Shown piece after piece: positions 20,277-32,445 of a DNA stretch of 64,000 nt. This stretch comes from Alphaproteobacteria bacterium (GTDB lineage: Bacteria > Pseudomonadota > Alphaproteobacteria > SHVV01). A program made the translations under genes and the position numbers. The DNA is taken from contig OZ253470.1 of assembly GCA_965261735.1 (NCBI GenBank), forward strand, positions 3,200,001 through 3,264,000, given 5' to 3'. The notes beneath the pieces are model-generated. The model saw only the letters and a program-made list of their open reading frames with translations. It was not told the DNA's origin and did not search any database. Within the stretch, counting starts at the first letter, position 1. Each line of letters opens with the position of its first letter.

Positions 20277-23189
20277 TGTCCGTCGTCAAAACATTTGGGA
20301 CTGTTGAGTCTGTTTCATAAGGGAGGATCTGGCTCATCTTGGATTGATGTAAGCCGCTTGTTGTTGATGGTTCAAGCGGCGGTGTTGGATAGTCAGTTTC
20401 TTGATCCTGTTCCTCCTTTCAATGATGGCGGTATCGCGCCCGAAGTAGGCATCGGCGGGGGTTACATTCGCGAGGCTCTCGTGGTAGCGGCGGTTGTTGT
20501 AGTGATCGACGAAAGCGCCGATCTGGTTTTCGAGATCGCCTGGTAGATAATAGTTTTCCAGCAGGATCCAGTTCTTCAGCGTTTGATGCCAGCGCTCGAT
20601 CTTGCCCTGGGTTTGCGGGTGATACGGTGCGCCCCGAACGTGATCCATACCGTGGTCCTCGAGCCATTCCGCGAGATCACCGGAGATATAGGACGAGCCG
20701 TTGTCGCTGAGCAGCCTCGGCTTGTGGACGACATTGGCGCGGTTGCAGCCTGAGGCTTCTAGCGCCAACTTCAGTGTTGCCGTCACATCGTCCGCCGTCA
20801 TGTTGGTGCAGAGCTTCCAAGCAATGATGTAGCGGGAATAGTCGTCCAGGATGGTCGACAGGTAAAACCAGCCCCAGCCGATGACCTTGAGATAGGTGAA
20901 GTCGGTCTGCCACAGCTGGTTCGGCGCCGTGGTCTTGTCGCGGAACTCATCGGCTGCCTTGATGACCACGAAAGCGGGGCTGGTGATCAGGTCGTGGGCC
21001 TTGAGAAGCCGGCAAACCGAGGCTTCCGAGACAAAATAGCCCCTGGTGTCCGTAAACCTGACGGCCAGTTCCCGGGGCGACAGTTGCGTCTCCTCCAGGG
21101 CAAGATCGATGATCTGCCCCCGGACATCATCCGGGATACGGTTCCACACCCGGCCTGGGCTGCTGTTGCGATCCTCAAGACCGGCGTCGCCAAAGGCCAG
21201 AAAGCGATCGTACCAGCGATAAAAGGTGGTCTTCGGAATGCCCAGCTTGTCCAAAGTGGACCCGACGCCCAGGTGGGACTGCTCGACCAGGCGAATGATC
21301 TCCAGCTTCTCGGATGCGGGATACCTCATTCCTCGTCTCCCCCATCCGCGATCATGCTTTTTTTGAAAAGCCGGTTCTCCAGCGAAAGTTCGGCGACCAA
21401 CTCCTTCAAGTCGCGCATCTCCTGGCGCAGAACTTTAACCTCGCCCGAGGTCGCTTGGCGCCCGGTGTCGCCGGCGAGCCGCTTCTTGCCCGCTTCCAAA
21501 AACTCTTTCGACCAGCTGTAATACAGACCCTCGGCGATGCCCTCGCGGCGGCACAAGGCGGCGATGCTCTCCTCGCCGCGCAGGCCCGACACCACAATCC
21601 GGATCTTCTCGGCTGTGTCTCGAAAGTGGTGGAAATTTGAGGATGGCGTAATCTCCGGGTGACAAGACAACCACCCAATCGGCGGCTAGCACCGCCAAGG
21701 AGATCACGCCATGAAGAACACTACCGAGACTTCCGCGCTTTCGCTACTGGCCAATGACGCCGGCTATGATCCGATCGAGGACCGGCTGCGGGAGAACATC
21801 AGATCCACGATCGAGGCCGTTTTTGAGGAGGAACTTGCGCAGTTTCTCGGGCGCTGCCGATACGGTCGAGAGGACGCGCTTCGGCAAGGGTATCGGAACG
21901 GGCACCGGGAGCGGCAACTGACGGGGACATTCGGGACCGAGAGGGTGAGCGTGCCGCGTGCGCGGATCGTTGAGGAAGACGGTCGGGCGTCGGAATGGCG
22001 TTCGCGGGCGCTGCCGCGCTACCAGCGGCTGACCAGAAAGGCCGAGGCGCTGATCGCTTCGGTGTATCTGTCCGGAACCAACACGCGGCGGGTGAAACGC
22101 GCGCTGTTCGGGCTCTTCCGGGGTGCTGTGAGCAAGGACGTTGTGAGCCGGGCGTGGCGCAAGGTGAAGGTCGATTGGGACGCCTGGTGCAGCCGTGGCC
22201 TCGCGGATGAGGATATCGTTCGGCTGATCCTTGACGGCACTGTGATCAAGACCCGACTGGACCGCAAGGCCACCAACATCTCGGTTCTCGCGGCTATAGG
22301 GGTGCGCCGGGATGGCCAGAAGGTCTTGCTTTCGATCGGGAATATGGGCGGAGAAAGCCAGGCGGCGTGGCGCCAGTTCCTCGACGACCTTGATGCGCGT
22401 GGACTGAAACGGCCCGGGTTTGTCATCGTCGATGGCGCGCCGGGACTGGAGGCGGCTCTGTCGGCGCTTTGGGGCGATGACCTTCCCGTTCAACGCTGCA
22501 CCGTGCACAAGCACCGCAACCTTCTGGGTCATGCTCCCAAACACATGCATGACGAGCTGAGCGAAGATTACCGCGATATGATCTATGCCGACACTGCCTC
22601 CGAGGTGGAAACCCGCCGCAAGGCGTTTGTCCGCAAGTGGCGGCTGAAATGCAGGGCCGTCGCGGACAGCCTCGCAGAAGCGGGCGACAAGCTCTTTACC
22701 TTCACGCGCCTGTCCAAGAGCCAATGGAAATCAGCCCGAACGACCAACGCCATTGAGCGTCTCAACGAGGAGTTCAAGCGCCGGATCAAAACACAGACCG
22801 TGCTGCCGTGTCCCGAAACAGTGCCGATGCTCCTCTGGGCACTCCTCGCTTCCGGCCAAATCCAGATGCGCAAAGTCGATGGATGGGAAACCCTCGATCA
22901 GCTAATCGCCGACGAAACCCTTGACCGCGCAGCCTGACCGCCGCAAAACTCAACCCGCTCGGAGAGGCGCCAAAACCAATTTCCACCACTTTCGAGACAC
23001 AACCATCTTCTCCTCAGCCGAATACTGCTTGCGTGTCTTGCGGCGAATATCCCGAACAGCTCTCTCCGCCGGGTCGTTCTTGCTCATTGATTTCTGTCTC
23101 ATCTTCGTTCCCTTCGGTCACTACGATGAGCCAGAAATCCTCCGTTATGCAATTACCTCAATTTGTCCCAAAGGCGCTGACGTCAGACA
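20277..23189 (-). mobile_element. IS3-family element (orfA 23102-21326, orfB 21329-20334) with orfA interrupted by IS256
   Basis: Imperfect IRs tgtccgtcgtca..tttgggac / tgtctgacgtca..tttgggac; DDE motifs WQTDFT, LSDNG, GKIERWH; no TSD. Confidence 0.9.
21611..23004 (+). mobile_element. IS256-family element A, copy 1 (transposase 21711-22937)
   Basis: IRs ggctgtgtctcgaaagtggtggaaatt; 8-bp TSD atcttctc; motifs QRCTVH and TTNAIERLN. Confidence 0.95.
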
Positions 23190-23672
23190 AGCTGGTCGAC
23201 GGCCGTGCCGCAGGTGACGCTGTCTTCCTCGACAGGCGCCGACAACCGTTCACCCGGTTCGGCGTCTACTAGGTCGTCGAGCGCTGCGCGGCCCAAGTGC
23301 CGGCGTTGGCCGGGAGAAAAATAACGCCCCATGTGCTGAGGCATACGACCGCCTGCCACCTGGTGTTCGCCGGCGTGGACATCAACACTGTGCGTGCGTG
23401 GCTCGGGCATTCCTCCATCGATACCACCAACATCTATGCCGAAATCAACCTCAAGATGAAAGCCGAGGCGATGGCACTGTGCGATGTCGCGGAACCCGCC
23501 CCGGGGCGCCCCTGGAAGGAGGACAAAGACTTGATGGCGTTCCTGAACTCCTATTGAGCACACCAGATTATGTTGCGGCGATCCGAACTCCTTCTCCAGC
23601 AAACTCAAGGAACCGGCGGTAGCTCATCGAAGGATCCGTCAGCGCCGCAACATATGACCCCAGACAGCATAA
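23190..23672 (+). pseudogene. Right half of mini-RIT (recombinase C-terminus plus right IR), copy 1
   Basis: TPHVLRH..WLGHSSIDTTNIY; IR cgccgcaacatatgaccccagacagcataa; in-frame TAG upstream. Confidence 0.8.
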
Positions 23673-24193
23673 GATCCCCAATACTGAATGCCGGAGCCGG
23701 CGATCTTCACGCCGGTGCAGACGATGATCTCGTCCCGCTCGGGCCGCATCCGCTGCACGGCCCCGAGCGACATGACCTGGCGCGGTTGCTTGCGGGTCTT
23801 CGACTTGCCCTTGCCGGGCCAACGGACGATCTCGCCGTCGAACGTCGACTTGTACCGCTCCACCACATAGCGGTTATCGTCGAGACCGCGCCTGAACATA
23901 TGGATAAGAAAGGTGCGCGCGTTGGCGCCGGGCGCCGTGACTGTCTGCATGATGCCGCCTCCCCTGGGATCGGTAGTTGCGAGCGGCGGGGACGCTCTCC
24001 GGGCCATCCATCCGCCGCCCTGCTCCCGGCCAGCCTCGGCCTCTTCATGGCGCGCCGGCGTGAAAGTGGCTTGTGATGGGGACATGGCGCAACGCAGGCC
24101 AGCTGCCCTGGCGCCCAGAGTCGGCACGGGTCTGTAATATATTCGGAGATTCCGAGTATACTAGGGGCGCAAGGTGATTTTATATTTTGGGCC

Positions 24194-24697
24194 ATGTCAG
24201 AGTCAGCGCTCATATTCGACACTCACGAGGACATCCAGGAACTGGTGAAGTCCGGCATGCCGGAACCCCAGGCTGAAACCGTGGTGCGTCAGCGTGTCCG
24301 GCTGCTGGAACGCAACCTCGCCACCAAGGCTGATATCGCAGCAACCAACGCCGATATCGAGACGCTGCGGTTGGAGACCAAGGCTGATATTGCAGCAACC
24401 AACGCCAATATCGAGACGCTGCGGCAGGAGACCAAGGCCGATATCGCGGCAACCAACGCCAATATCGAGACGCTGCGGCAGGAGACCAAGGCCGATATCG
24501 CGGCAACCAACGCCAATATCGAGACGCTGCGGCAGGAGACCAAGGCCGATATCGCGGCAACCAACGCCAATATCGAGACGCTGCGGCAGGAGACCGAAAA
24601 GCTGATAGCTCTCGGCAAGAACGATATTATCAAGTGGGTTGTCGGCGCCAATCTCGGGGTCGCCGCCTTGATCGTGGCCGCAATCAAACTCCTCTAA
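24194..24697 (+). CDS. DUF1640/CCDC90-like membrane-anchored coiled-coil protein, copy 1 (5 x 18-aa repeats)
   Basis: FDTH..L..SGMPEPQAE head, LATKADI, 54-bp tandem repeats, C-terminal TM IIKWVVG..AAIKLL. Confidence 0.82.
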   Translation: MSESALIFDTHEDIQELVKSGMPEPQAETVVRQRVRLLERNLATKADIAATNADIETLRLETKADIAATNANIETLRQETKADIAATNANIETLRQETKADIAATNANIETLRQETKADIAATNANIETLRQETEKLIALGKNDIIKWVVGANLGVAALIVAAIKLL

Positions 24698-24716
24698 TCG
24701 CCGGCCTGGATCACGC

Positions 24717-24895
24717 TCAGTCAGCATCCAGCGTGGCGCCCGCGGGCAGTATGTCCGCGCCGATGCTGGCGGCGACCCTGACCGCCGATAGCTTGATGGA
24801 ATCGCGCGCGAGATGGGCGTAGCGGACCGTCGTCTGGATTTTGGTGTGCCCGAGCAGCTTCCCGATCATGCTCAGGCTCTCGCCGAGCGCCAGGG
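24717..24895 (-). pseudogene. Tyrosine integrase extreme 3' remnant (also at 39586-39764 and 49796-49862)
   Basis: LALGESLSMIGKLLGHTKIQTTVRYAHLARDS..SIGADILP. Confidence 0.8.
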
Positions 24896-25271
24896 TACCA
24901 CGATGAGGCCTCCAGACCCCAACACGACCTCCACAAGATATGGTTGAAAAACGCCTCGCGGGCGACCAAGCCAAACCGGTGCCGTCGACAGCGCCTCTGG
25001 CTGGATCGATGTCGAAACCACCCTGGGCGGGGCGCCACGACCGGCACACCAAACGCGCCCAGCCCAAAAAGAACATCCGGCTCCGGCCCCTCAGAAAGAC
25101 CGGAAGCGAATTCTCAATCAGTGAATCTACGCCGCGACCGGCGGGTTCGAGATGACTGCCTCAGTCAAATTGGGGGCGTGCCCGCCGCAGACTCGCGCCT
25201 CTCTACACGGCACCACCAAATCTGGACCCGAACGGCCGCTGACGAATTCCGACGACAAACGCGCGCCCGGA
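24896..25271. repeat. Non-coding dispersed repeat D, copy 1 (also 39765-40210 and 56873-57460)
   Basis: Near-identical block starting taccacgatgaggcctccagacccc. Confidence 0.9.
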
Positions 25272-26738
25272 GGCGGCGGCGGTTCGATGACCAGCATGAT
25301 GGACGGCAATGGTGGGCCCCCTGGAGAGCCGCCTGCGCCGGGCCCGGCGTGTGCCACATCGGCAACGTCTCAGGCTTGCGTGGACGACAAGAAGATGGTC
25401 ATGGACGAGGCCAAGAAGGCGCTCGACGCTGCGAAGGCCGACGAGAACTCGACCCAGAAGCAGATCGCGGACGCTCAGAAGGCGTATGACGACGCCAAGA
25501 TGGCGCACATGACCGCGATGGAGGGCCGGGCCACGTACCTCGCCATGCAGGCGCCGATGTACGACATGAAGGCCATGGCCAAGGCGATCATGACACCGGG
25601 CGATACTGATCCTGTTGTGATTGATGGCGGCATGCCGCCGATGGGCGACAAGGCTTATGCCAAGGCGACATGGCCGGTCGGCGACGTGGCCGGCTTCGCA
25701 GAGGCCGTTTATGAGGACGCTTCAGAGGGCACGGCCATCATCACCCACACCAACAAGCAGGCCGCGAAGGGAGTAACCTACAAGAAGCTGCTGATGCCCA
25801 ACACCGCTCCTAACGCCCCGGCCGGGTATATCTATATGACCCGCGCGGCCATGGGGATTGATGGCGATTCCTTAGCCGGTGTGCTCACGCTGTTGGAGAA
25901 CGTGCCGCCGACTGCGATGATCTCGTTCGCCCATGATGCCGGCATCGGCGCGGTGAGGACGTTCAGTGACGTTGATGCCACCACCGATGTGGATGAAAGC
26001 GTGGTGTCGATTATGGGCACCTTCCACGGTGTGCAGGGGACCTATGCATGCGGCACTGCGGGGGAACAAAACAATGCATGCATGGCAGGTACCGATGAGA
26101 AGGGTGAGCTTATCACGCTCAGTGCAGATTGGACCTTCACGCCAGCCAAGGGGGCGGAGGCCGGAATCATCGCCGGCGCACAGACGGACGTCGAATACCT
26201 CGACTTCGGCTATTGGGTGACCACTTCAGACGATCCGACATCGTATTCGGTGGGCATGTTCGCCAAGGGCATGGGAACAATGAGTACCGGCAATTTTGGT
26301 ATTCTCACCGGTGACCAGGACGCAGCAATCTCGGCAACCTACAAGGGCGGCGCCGCTGGTCTGTACGCGAAACGTGAGTACAGCGGCACCAGCGATGGTG
26401 ACTTGCTTGGCGCAGGCCGCTTCACGGCAACGGCAGAGCTGAAGGCCTACTTCGGCACCGGTGACCACACCGCCAACGACGACCAAAACACGATCAGCGG
26501 CATGATCAGCAGCTTCATGGATGACGGTTCGCCGATCGACGCCACATGGCGGGTGAAACTTGAGGCGCTCGACTTCGACACAGACAACGATGGCTCCTTC
26601 GGAGGAGGCACCGATGATTCATGGTCCGGTCAGTTCTTCGGTGGCAGCGCAACGGCGGCACCAACCGCTGTCACTGGCGAGTTCACGCACGATTTCGACA
26701 ATGGCGAAGTGATCGGCGCGTTCGGGGCGACCCGCTAG
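25272..26738 (+). pseudogene. Surface lipoprotein 3, TbpB-like, lacking signal peptide and lipobox
   Basis: Starts at GGGGSMTSMMD fused to repeat D; YLDFGYW, ATYKGGAAG, FTATAELKAYFG, WSGQFFG..GAFGATR. Confidence 0.8.
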
Positions 26739-26812
26739 GTGGTAGCAGCCTGACCGGACGGGGACGGGTTCCACCTGCAGGTACCCGGCCTCTCCGGCCC
26801 GGCGTTTCAGCG

Positions 26813-26847
26813 AAGGGGGTGGCAGAGATGTCATCCCCTTTTTCTTT
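26813..26847 (+). terminator. Intrinsic terminator between lipoprotein 3 and Slam
   Basis: aagggggtggca-gaga-tgtcatcccctt followed by tttcttt. Confidence 0.7.
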
Positions 26848-26875
26848 GCATCCGATACCGCCGCACGGATTCATA

Positions 26876-28255
26876 ATGCCGTTCGTCCCGCTCTGCCGCC
26901 TGCTTGCGCTTTGCGCCTGCCTCATGCTTGCCGCCCCGGCCTGGAGCGCCGAGGAACTGTCTGCTCCGGCCTCATCCCCCCAAGTTGGCAGTGTGGCCGA
27001 CGCACGGGCGCTGATCGATGTCGGCCGGTTCATCGACGCGCTGGCGGTGCTGGGCCCGCTGCTCGAGGCGGATGCGATCGAGGCGAACGCGCTCTTCCTC
27101 TACGGCCTGGCAGCGACGGGAGCGTCGCAGAGGCCCGACGTTCCCGACGACGCACGCGAGGCGCTGCTGGACGAGGCCATCGCCGCCTTCCGCGCCATGC
27201 TGGTCAACGCGCCGGGTCTGGTGCGCGTACGGCTGGAGCTTGCGCGCGCCTTCTTTCTCAAGGGCGAGAACGATCTGGCGCGGCGCCACTTCGAGCTTGT
27301 TCTGGCGGGCGAGCCGCCTGCGGAAGTGGCTGCCAAGGTGCGGCGCTTTCTGAACGAGATCAGGGCGCGCAAGCGCTGGAGCTTCAGCGTGAGCTTCGCG
27401 CTTGCGCCGGACAGCAACATCGGCGGCACCTCGGACGAGCGGACCATCTACATCTTCAACCTGCCCTTCCAGAGGGATGCACAGGAGCTGACCACCTCGG
27501 GCGTGGGGGTCTCGGTGTGGGGCGGTGCGGAGTACCAGGTGCCCGTGAGCGACGGTCTGCGCCTCCGCGCCGGCGCGCAGGCGGCGCGGAGGGAGTATAA
27601 GCGCTCCCAGTTCGATCAGCTCTTCCTCGCGGGCCATATGGGGCCGCGCTGGCTTGTGGACCGCAACACGGAGCTGAGTATTCTTGCGAGCGCGCGGCAG
27701 CGCTGGCTCGGCACCGTACCCGATCATCGCGATCTCGGCACCCGTTTCGAGGCGGGGCACCGTGTGAGCCCGCAGGTGACGCTCTTCGCGCAGGCGTCCT
27801 GGCACGGGCGGCGCTACCGCACGCAGGCGCGGTCCCGTCTGGACGGGCCCGTCTGGGACGCGTCGCTGCGCGGGGCGTGGGTCGTCACGCCGACGGTGCG
27901 GGTGGAGCTCTCCGGCGGCTACACGCGGGATCGGCCGCGGCTTCGGTGCGAGCGGAACCGGAGCCGGTGGCTGGGTACGGGGGTGTCCGTGAACCTGCCT
28001 CTGGGCTTCACCGTGGGCGGCGGGGGCGAGGTGAGGTGGACGGACTACGAGTGGGGCTGGTTTCCCTTCGTGTCGGACGGCAGCGCGCGCGAGGACCGCA
28101 CCCTCAGCTTGCGGGCCTCGGTGCACAACCGGGCCTTCACGTTGCTGGGCTTCAGCCCGGAGCTGGTGGTGGTGCAGGAGGAGCGTGAGAGCAACGCGCA
28201 GCTGCATGGCTACGGGCGCACGCGGGGCGAGCTCCGCTTCGTGCAACAGTTCTGA
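26876..28255 (+). CDS. Slam/DUF560 translocon, second intact copy
   Basis: Signal peptide ..AAPAWS-A; VRVRLELARAFF; APDSNIGG; terminal GELRFVQQF. Confidence 0.87.
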   Translation: MPFVPLCRLLALCACLMLAAPAWSAEELSAPASSPQVGSVADARALIDVGRFIDALAVLGPLLEADAIEANALFLYGLAATGASQRPDVPDDAREALLDEAIAAFRAMLVNAPGLVRVRLELARAFFLKGENDLARRHFELVLAGEPPAEVAAKVRRFLNEIRARKRWSFSVSFALAPDSNIGGTSDERTIYIFNLPFQRDAQELTTSGVGVSVWGGAEYQVPVSDGLRLRAGAQAARREYKRSQFDQLFLAGHMGPRWLVDRNTELSILASARQRWLGTVPDHRDLGTRFEAGHRVSPQVTLFAQASWHGRRYRTQARSRLDGPVWDASLRGAWVVTPTVRVELSGGYTRDRPRLRCERNRSRWLGTGVSVNLPLGFTVGGGGEVRWTDYEWGWFPFVSDGSAREDRTLSLRASVHNRAFTLLGFSPELVVVQEERESNAQLHGYGRTRGELRFVQQF

Positions 28256-28353
28256 ACCGGCCGGAGAGGCGCGGCATGGGCGGGGAGCGCGTTGGCGAGA
28301 CGAGGGCGGTCCCGTCTGCGCCCTGCCGGCCGCTGTCAATCGGCGTTCAATAT

Positions 28354-28610
28354 TGATGGAGTGGACGCCTCCTCCCGACGGCATCGCAGTGTGCCAAGGT
28401 GGTGGTGAGACCAACCCCCGGAGGAGGAGGTGTCCATGGAACAGGTCAACATCATCGGGATGGATCTGGCGAATCGCAGCTTTCAGCTTCACGGTGCTCG
28501 GTCGGACGGTTCGGTCGCGTTCCGCAGGAAGCTTAGTCGGGAGCTGACGGACTTCCTCGCCTCGCAGCCGCGCTACGTGATGGCGATGGAGGCCTGTGCG
28601 AGCGCTCAGG
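28354..28610 (+). mobile_element. Truncated IS110/IS1111 left end and transposase N-terminus, abutting an IS21-like IR (28334-28356)
   Basis: tgatgga-GTGGACGCCTCC end; IIGMDLA..FQLHG..MEACASA. Confidence 0.75.
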
Positions 28611-28714
28611 ATGCGCGAGCCGAGGTTGAACCTCGCCTACGGTCGCGGACCTATCGCCGAGAAGATTGTCGCAAACTGGGCTGAACGGAACGGTGTCGGA
28701 TCAGGGCTGCGATC

Positions 28715-30010
28715 GGGAGTATCCGGAATTTTGTGCTTTGGGCCATAGTGATGAAAAAGAAAGGAGCATCCTATGGCAATCGAGAAGGAACTATTGGACC
28801 AGCTGTTGGAGGGGCGTGATCCGGAAACGGTATTCACCCAGGACGGTCTGCTTGACGAGTTGAAGAAAGGGCTGTCGGAACGTGTCCTGAATGCGGAGCT
28901 CGACGCGCATCTCGATGCGGAAACGGCGGATGGAAAAACCAATCGCCATAACGGCCGATCGCAGAAGACGGTCCTCACGGGTACGTCGAAGGTGACGCTG
29001 GATATTCCACGTGACCGGGCCGGCACCTTCGATCCGCAGCTGATCGCTAAATACCAGCGCCGGTTCCCGGACTTCGACGAGAAGATCATCTCCATGTATG
29101 CCCGCGGCATGACGGTCCGCGAGATCCGCGGTCACCTTCAGGAGCTGTACGGTATAGAGGTCTCACCGGACCTGATCTCAACGGTCACCGATGCCGTTCT
29201 CGAGGAGGTGAGCGAATGGCAGAACCGGCCGCTGGATGCCTGCTACGCCATCGTTTTCTTCGACGCCATCCGGGTCAAGATCCGCGACGAGGGGTTCGTT
29301 CGCAACAAGGCGGTGTATATCGCCCTCGCCATTCTTCCCGATGGCACCAAGGAGATCCTCGGTCTGTGGATCGAGCAGACCGAAGGCGCCAAGTTCTGGC
29401 TGCGCGTCATGAATGAGCTCAAGAACCGGGGCGTGCAGGACATCCTGCTCGCCGTCGTCGATGGTCTCAAGGGCTTCCCCGAGGCGATCAACGCCACCTT
29501 CCCCGAGACTGTGGTTCAGACCTGTATCGTCCACCTGATCCGCCATTCCATGAATTTTGCGTCATGGAAGGATCGAAAACATGTGGCCAAGGCGCTCAGG
29601 GACGTATACCGGGCCAAGGACGCCGATGCCGGCCTGGCGGCGCTGGATGCCTTCGAGGCCGGCCCCTGGGGCGAGAAATATTCGGCCATCGCACAGAGCT
29701 GGCGGCGCAACTGGGAACACGTCTCGCCCTTCTTTGTCTTCCCCGAGGCGGTACGCAGGATTGTCTACACCACAAACGCCATCGAGTCGCTCAACGCCAA
29801 GATCCGGCGCGCTGTCCGCACCCGCGGCCACTTCCCCAGTGACGAGGCCGCCTCGAAGTTGTTATATCTCGTTCTCGATCATGCGGCCGAGGCGTGGAAA
29901 CGTCCGCCGCGGGAATGGTTCGAGGCCAAAACACAGTTCGCCGTCATCTTCGGCGAAAGGTTCGTCAATGTCTGACAAAACGGCCCGAGCACAAATCTTC
30001 TGACACTCCC
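28715..30010 (+). mobile_element. IS256-family element B (transposase 28773-29975)
   Basis: IRs gggagt..; 8-bp TSD ctgcgatc; motifs VQTCIVH and YTTNAIESLN. Confidence 0.95.
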
Positions 30011-30052
30011 CTGCGATCGCACGGTGCGGATCGTTATCAACTCAGTATCCGG

Positions 30053-30400
30053 TCAACCTTTGAGAAGCCGGATCAACATATGGCGAACATGGTCCTGCCC
30101 GCCGAAGAACACCGCCAGAACCCGTACTGTCTGACGTGCGTCATCAATATCGAACCAATAGATCGCCCGGTCGATCGTCAGATGCCTCAGACCCGGCAGG
30201 ATATTGGCGTGGCTTTCGCCGCGATATGGGGCGGCCAGAATGCGTTCCGCAGTCTCTCGAACGTCCAGAACCCGCGCTTCGGCATGGTCAAGCGCCGCCT
30301 CCACACTCTCGCCGAAGCTCCGGTAGCTCTCGAAGAGATGGTCGAAGATCAGCTCGAAATCACGCTCGGCTTCGACCGAAAACTCAAGACGAAAGGCCAT
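30053..30400 (-). CDS. RelE/ParE-family toxin
   Basis: FSVEAERDFELIF..P.RG..PGLRH..VRVLAVF. Confidence 0.82.
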   Translation of the reverse strand: MAFRLEFSVEAERDFELIFDHLFESYRSFGESVEAALDHAEARVLDVRETAERILAAPYRGESHANILPGLRHLTIDRAIYWFDIDDARQTVRVLAVFFGGQDHVRHMLIRLLKG

Positions 30401-30665
30401 GCGCGCGGCGCTTCGCGGCGATCAACTCGGCCAGCTGGCCGCCCATCCGCGCCGCGCTGACGAATTTGCCTTCCCGGCGCCGGGCCAGAACCTCACGCAG
30501 TGCCTCGCGTTCCAGTTCTTCGGCGTCCATCCGTCCACGAAGCAGGTCAATGCCCTGTTGCAACACGGCGCTGACGCTGGAATAGCGCCCGGCCTCCACC
30601 AGCGCCCTGGCAAAGGCGTGTTGCTCGTCCGTGAGCGAGACCGAAGACTTGATAGTCATAGGCAT
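30384..30665 (-). CDS. ParD-like (RHH) antitoxin
   Basis: SVSLTDEQ..LVEAGRYSSVSAVLQ; overlaps the toxin start. Confidence 0.85.
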   Translation of the reverse strand: MPMTIKSSVSLTDEQHAFARALVEAGRYSSVSAVLQQGIDLLRGRMDAEELEREALREVLARRREGKFVSAARMGGQLAELIAAKRRAHGLSS

Positions 30666-30947
30666 TTCTCCTCAGCCTCAAGGTAATACCCGGTAGTACC
30701 GACGTCAACTTCGGTGCTCTCGGAGGCATGTGCGCTGTGGCGTTTTTCGAGCGCGAACGGCGAGCTGGATGCGGCCAGGAGCCCCGCGTGAGACGAGGCT
30801 AGCGCAATACGGTTTAAGCATTGCCGAGGTGCCCAGGCGGACCGAGACCGTGGAGCGGAAGGCGATTGCTTGGCCATCTCAAGCCGGCGCGGAGGTGGCG
30901 CTACCTGTACGCGAGCAGAGTCCGCGAGTCCGTGATTGGCCGGCGAC

Positions 30948-32192
30948 TTACATTCGCATGCTCATGTGCCGGCCCTTGCTCTGCTGCTTGCCGGCCTTGC
31001 GCTCGGCGCGCTGTTGCCGCAACTCCCGGAGCTTCTCCGGATCGTCGAGCAGACGGGCGACGCGCTCCTCGCGCATCCGGAGGCTCTCGCCCTCGCGTTG
31101 CCCTGCCAGGGTCGCCGCGAGGTGCCGGTCGTCGTCTTCAAGCACTTCGCGCACGCGCGAGAGCGCCGACCCGAGGCTCTCCTCCCGGAGCTCGAGGCAA
31201 TCGAGGTGGATACCGTAATTCCCCCGGTCGTCCATGAGTCCCTCGCAACGATCCACCGCAAAGTCGGTCACGTCCCGCCATGTGTCGTAGTCCTCATGGC
31301 CGGGAACCGCCACGCCCCGCTCGGCCGCCTTGGCCTCCAGCGCCTCGCGGCGGTCCATCTGGCTCGCCATGTATTCGCGGCAACTGTCGAAGTAGTTGCG
31401 GTTCGACACTGCCTTGCCGAGCTGAGCGAGCACGGCGCCTATCTCCGATTTGACGCCGCGATCCAGGAGCATGTCTTTGGAGACGGTGTCCATCTCCTTG
31501 TGCAGACGGTCGTAGCCATCCGTATAGATGACATGGACACCCTCCTCCGCGGCACGCTCCACCTGGCGGTTCCAATCCCGCTTCAGCACCTCCGAGCGCT
31601 CCAGGACCTCCCGCGCGAAGGTCGCGGTCCGCAGCCGATCGTGGTAGTCCTGACCGCCGACAAGGTAGCCGATGGCGCGGCCAAAGCGGGAGAGCGCCGC
31701 TCGTACAGGCACACCGCCGCTGGACATGGCCTGCGCCCGGTCAGGTGTGTCGCCGTCATCCGATGCGAACCGAGGACCGACCCAGTGGCGGTTTTGCAGG
31801 CGCCGCAGCTCGCGCGCCTCCCGTTCGGCCAGCTCCTTGTCATCATCCCGGATCACCCCGCGAAGCGCCGAGAGCGCCATTATCATGTGGGTCTTGGCTT
31901 CCACGATCCTGTCAAGATGGGCATCATATGTTTCTTTGCCGGAGAGGATGGCCTCGCCCGCCGCCGTCAGGCGCTCGGCCTCCTGCCGCCAGTCCGGGTA
32001 GGCCGGAACCCCGGTCAGCTCGATTTCTCGATTAACCGCAACGTCTTGGAGAGAGGCGCGTGCCTCCATGTGCCGTTGAGCTTCGCCTGGATACTCCAGG
32101 ATATGTTTTCGGGTCGAGAGATAGCGCTGGTGATTCTCAAGCACCTGGATCAAGGGCGCCCGTGACTTGGCCGGGATATCCGGGTTTTCCAT
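30948..32192 (-). pseudogene. C-terminal portion of a large helical protein, probably a TraA/MobA-type relaxase tail (copy 1)
   Basis: E/R-rich helical sequence ending QQSKGRHMSMRM, like relaxase tails; no HUH or helicase motif retained; paralog at 63404-64000. Confidence 0.5.
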
Positions 32193-32445
32193 CAGCTCCC
32201 TCCCGGATGACGTGGCGCAGCCGCGATAACTCCCGTTCCACGCGCGCCTTGCCGCTTTCCAGATTGTCGAGATGGGCTCCATACGTCTCGCCGTCCGCGA
32301 GGATGGTCTCAGGCCGCGGGCTACCTCGTGTAGCGCTGCATTACTGGCGAATGGTCAGCGGCATCGCTGGCAACGTGTCCATTGTAATGTCATGAGCATG
32401 CCGTTGCACGGTTTCGGGCCGGTTGACTGGACATAGCCGGGGACA

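Noticed and set aside
24320-24595. 54-bp repeats as a CRISPR array
   Set aside because: Contiguous in-frame coding repeats with no unique spacers and no cas genes
25152-25271. N-terminal 40 aa of the 528-aa ORF as a real leader
   Set aside because: It is repeat D sequence, present in two other copies, with no signal-peptide character
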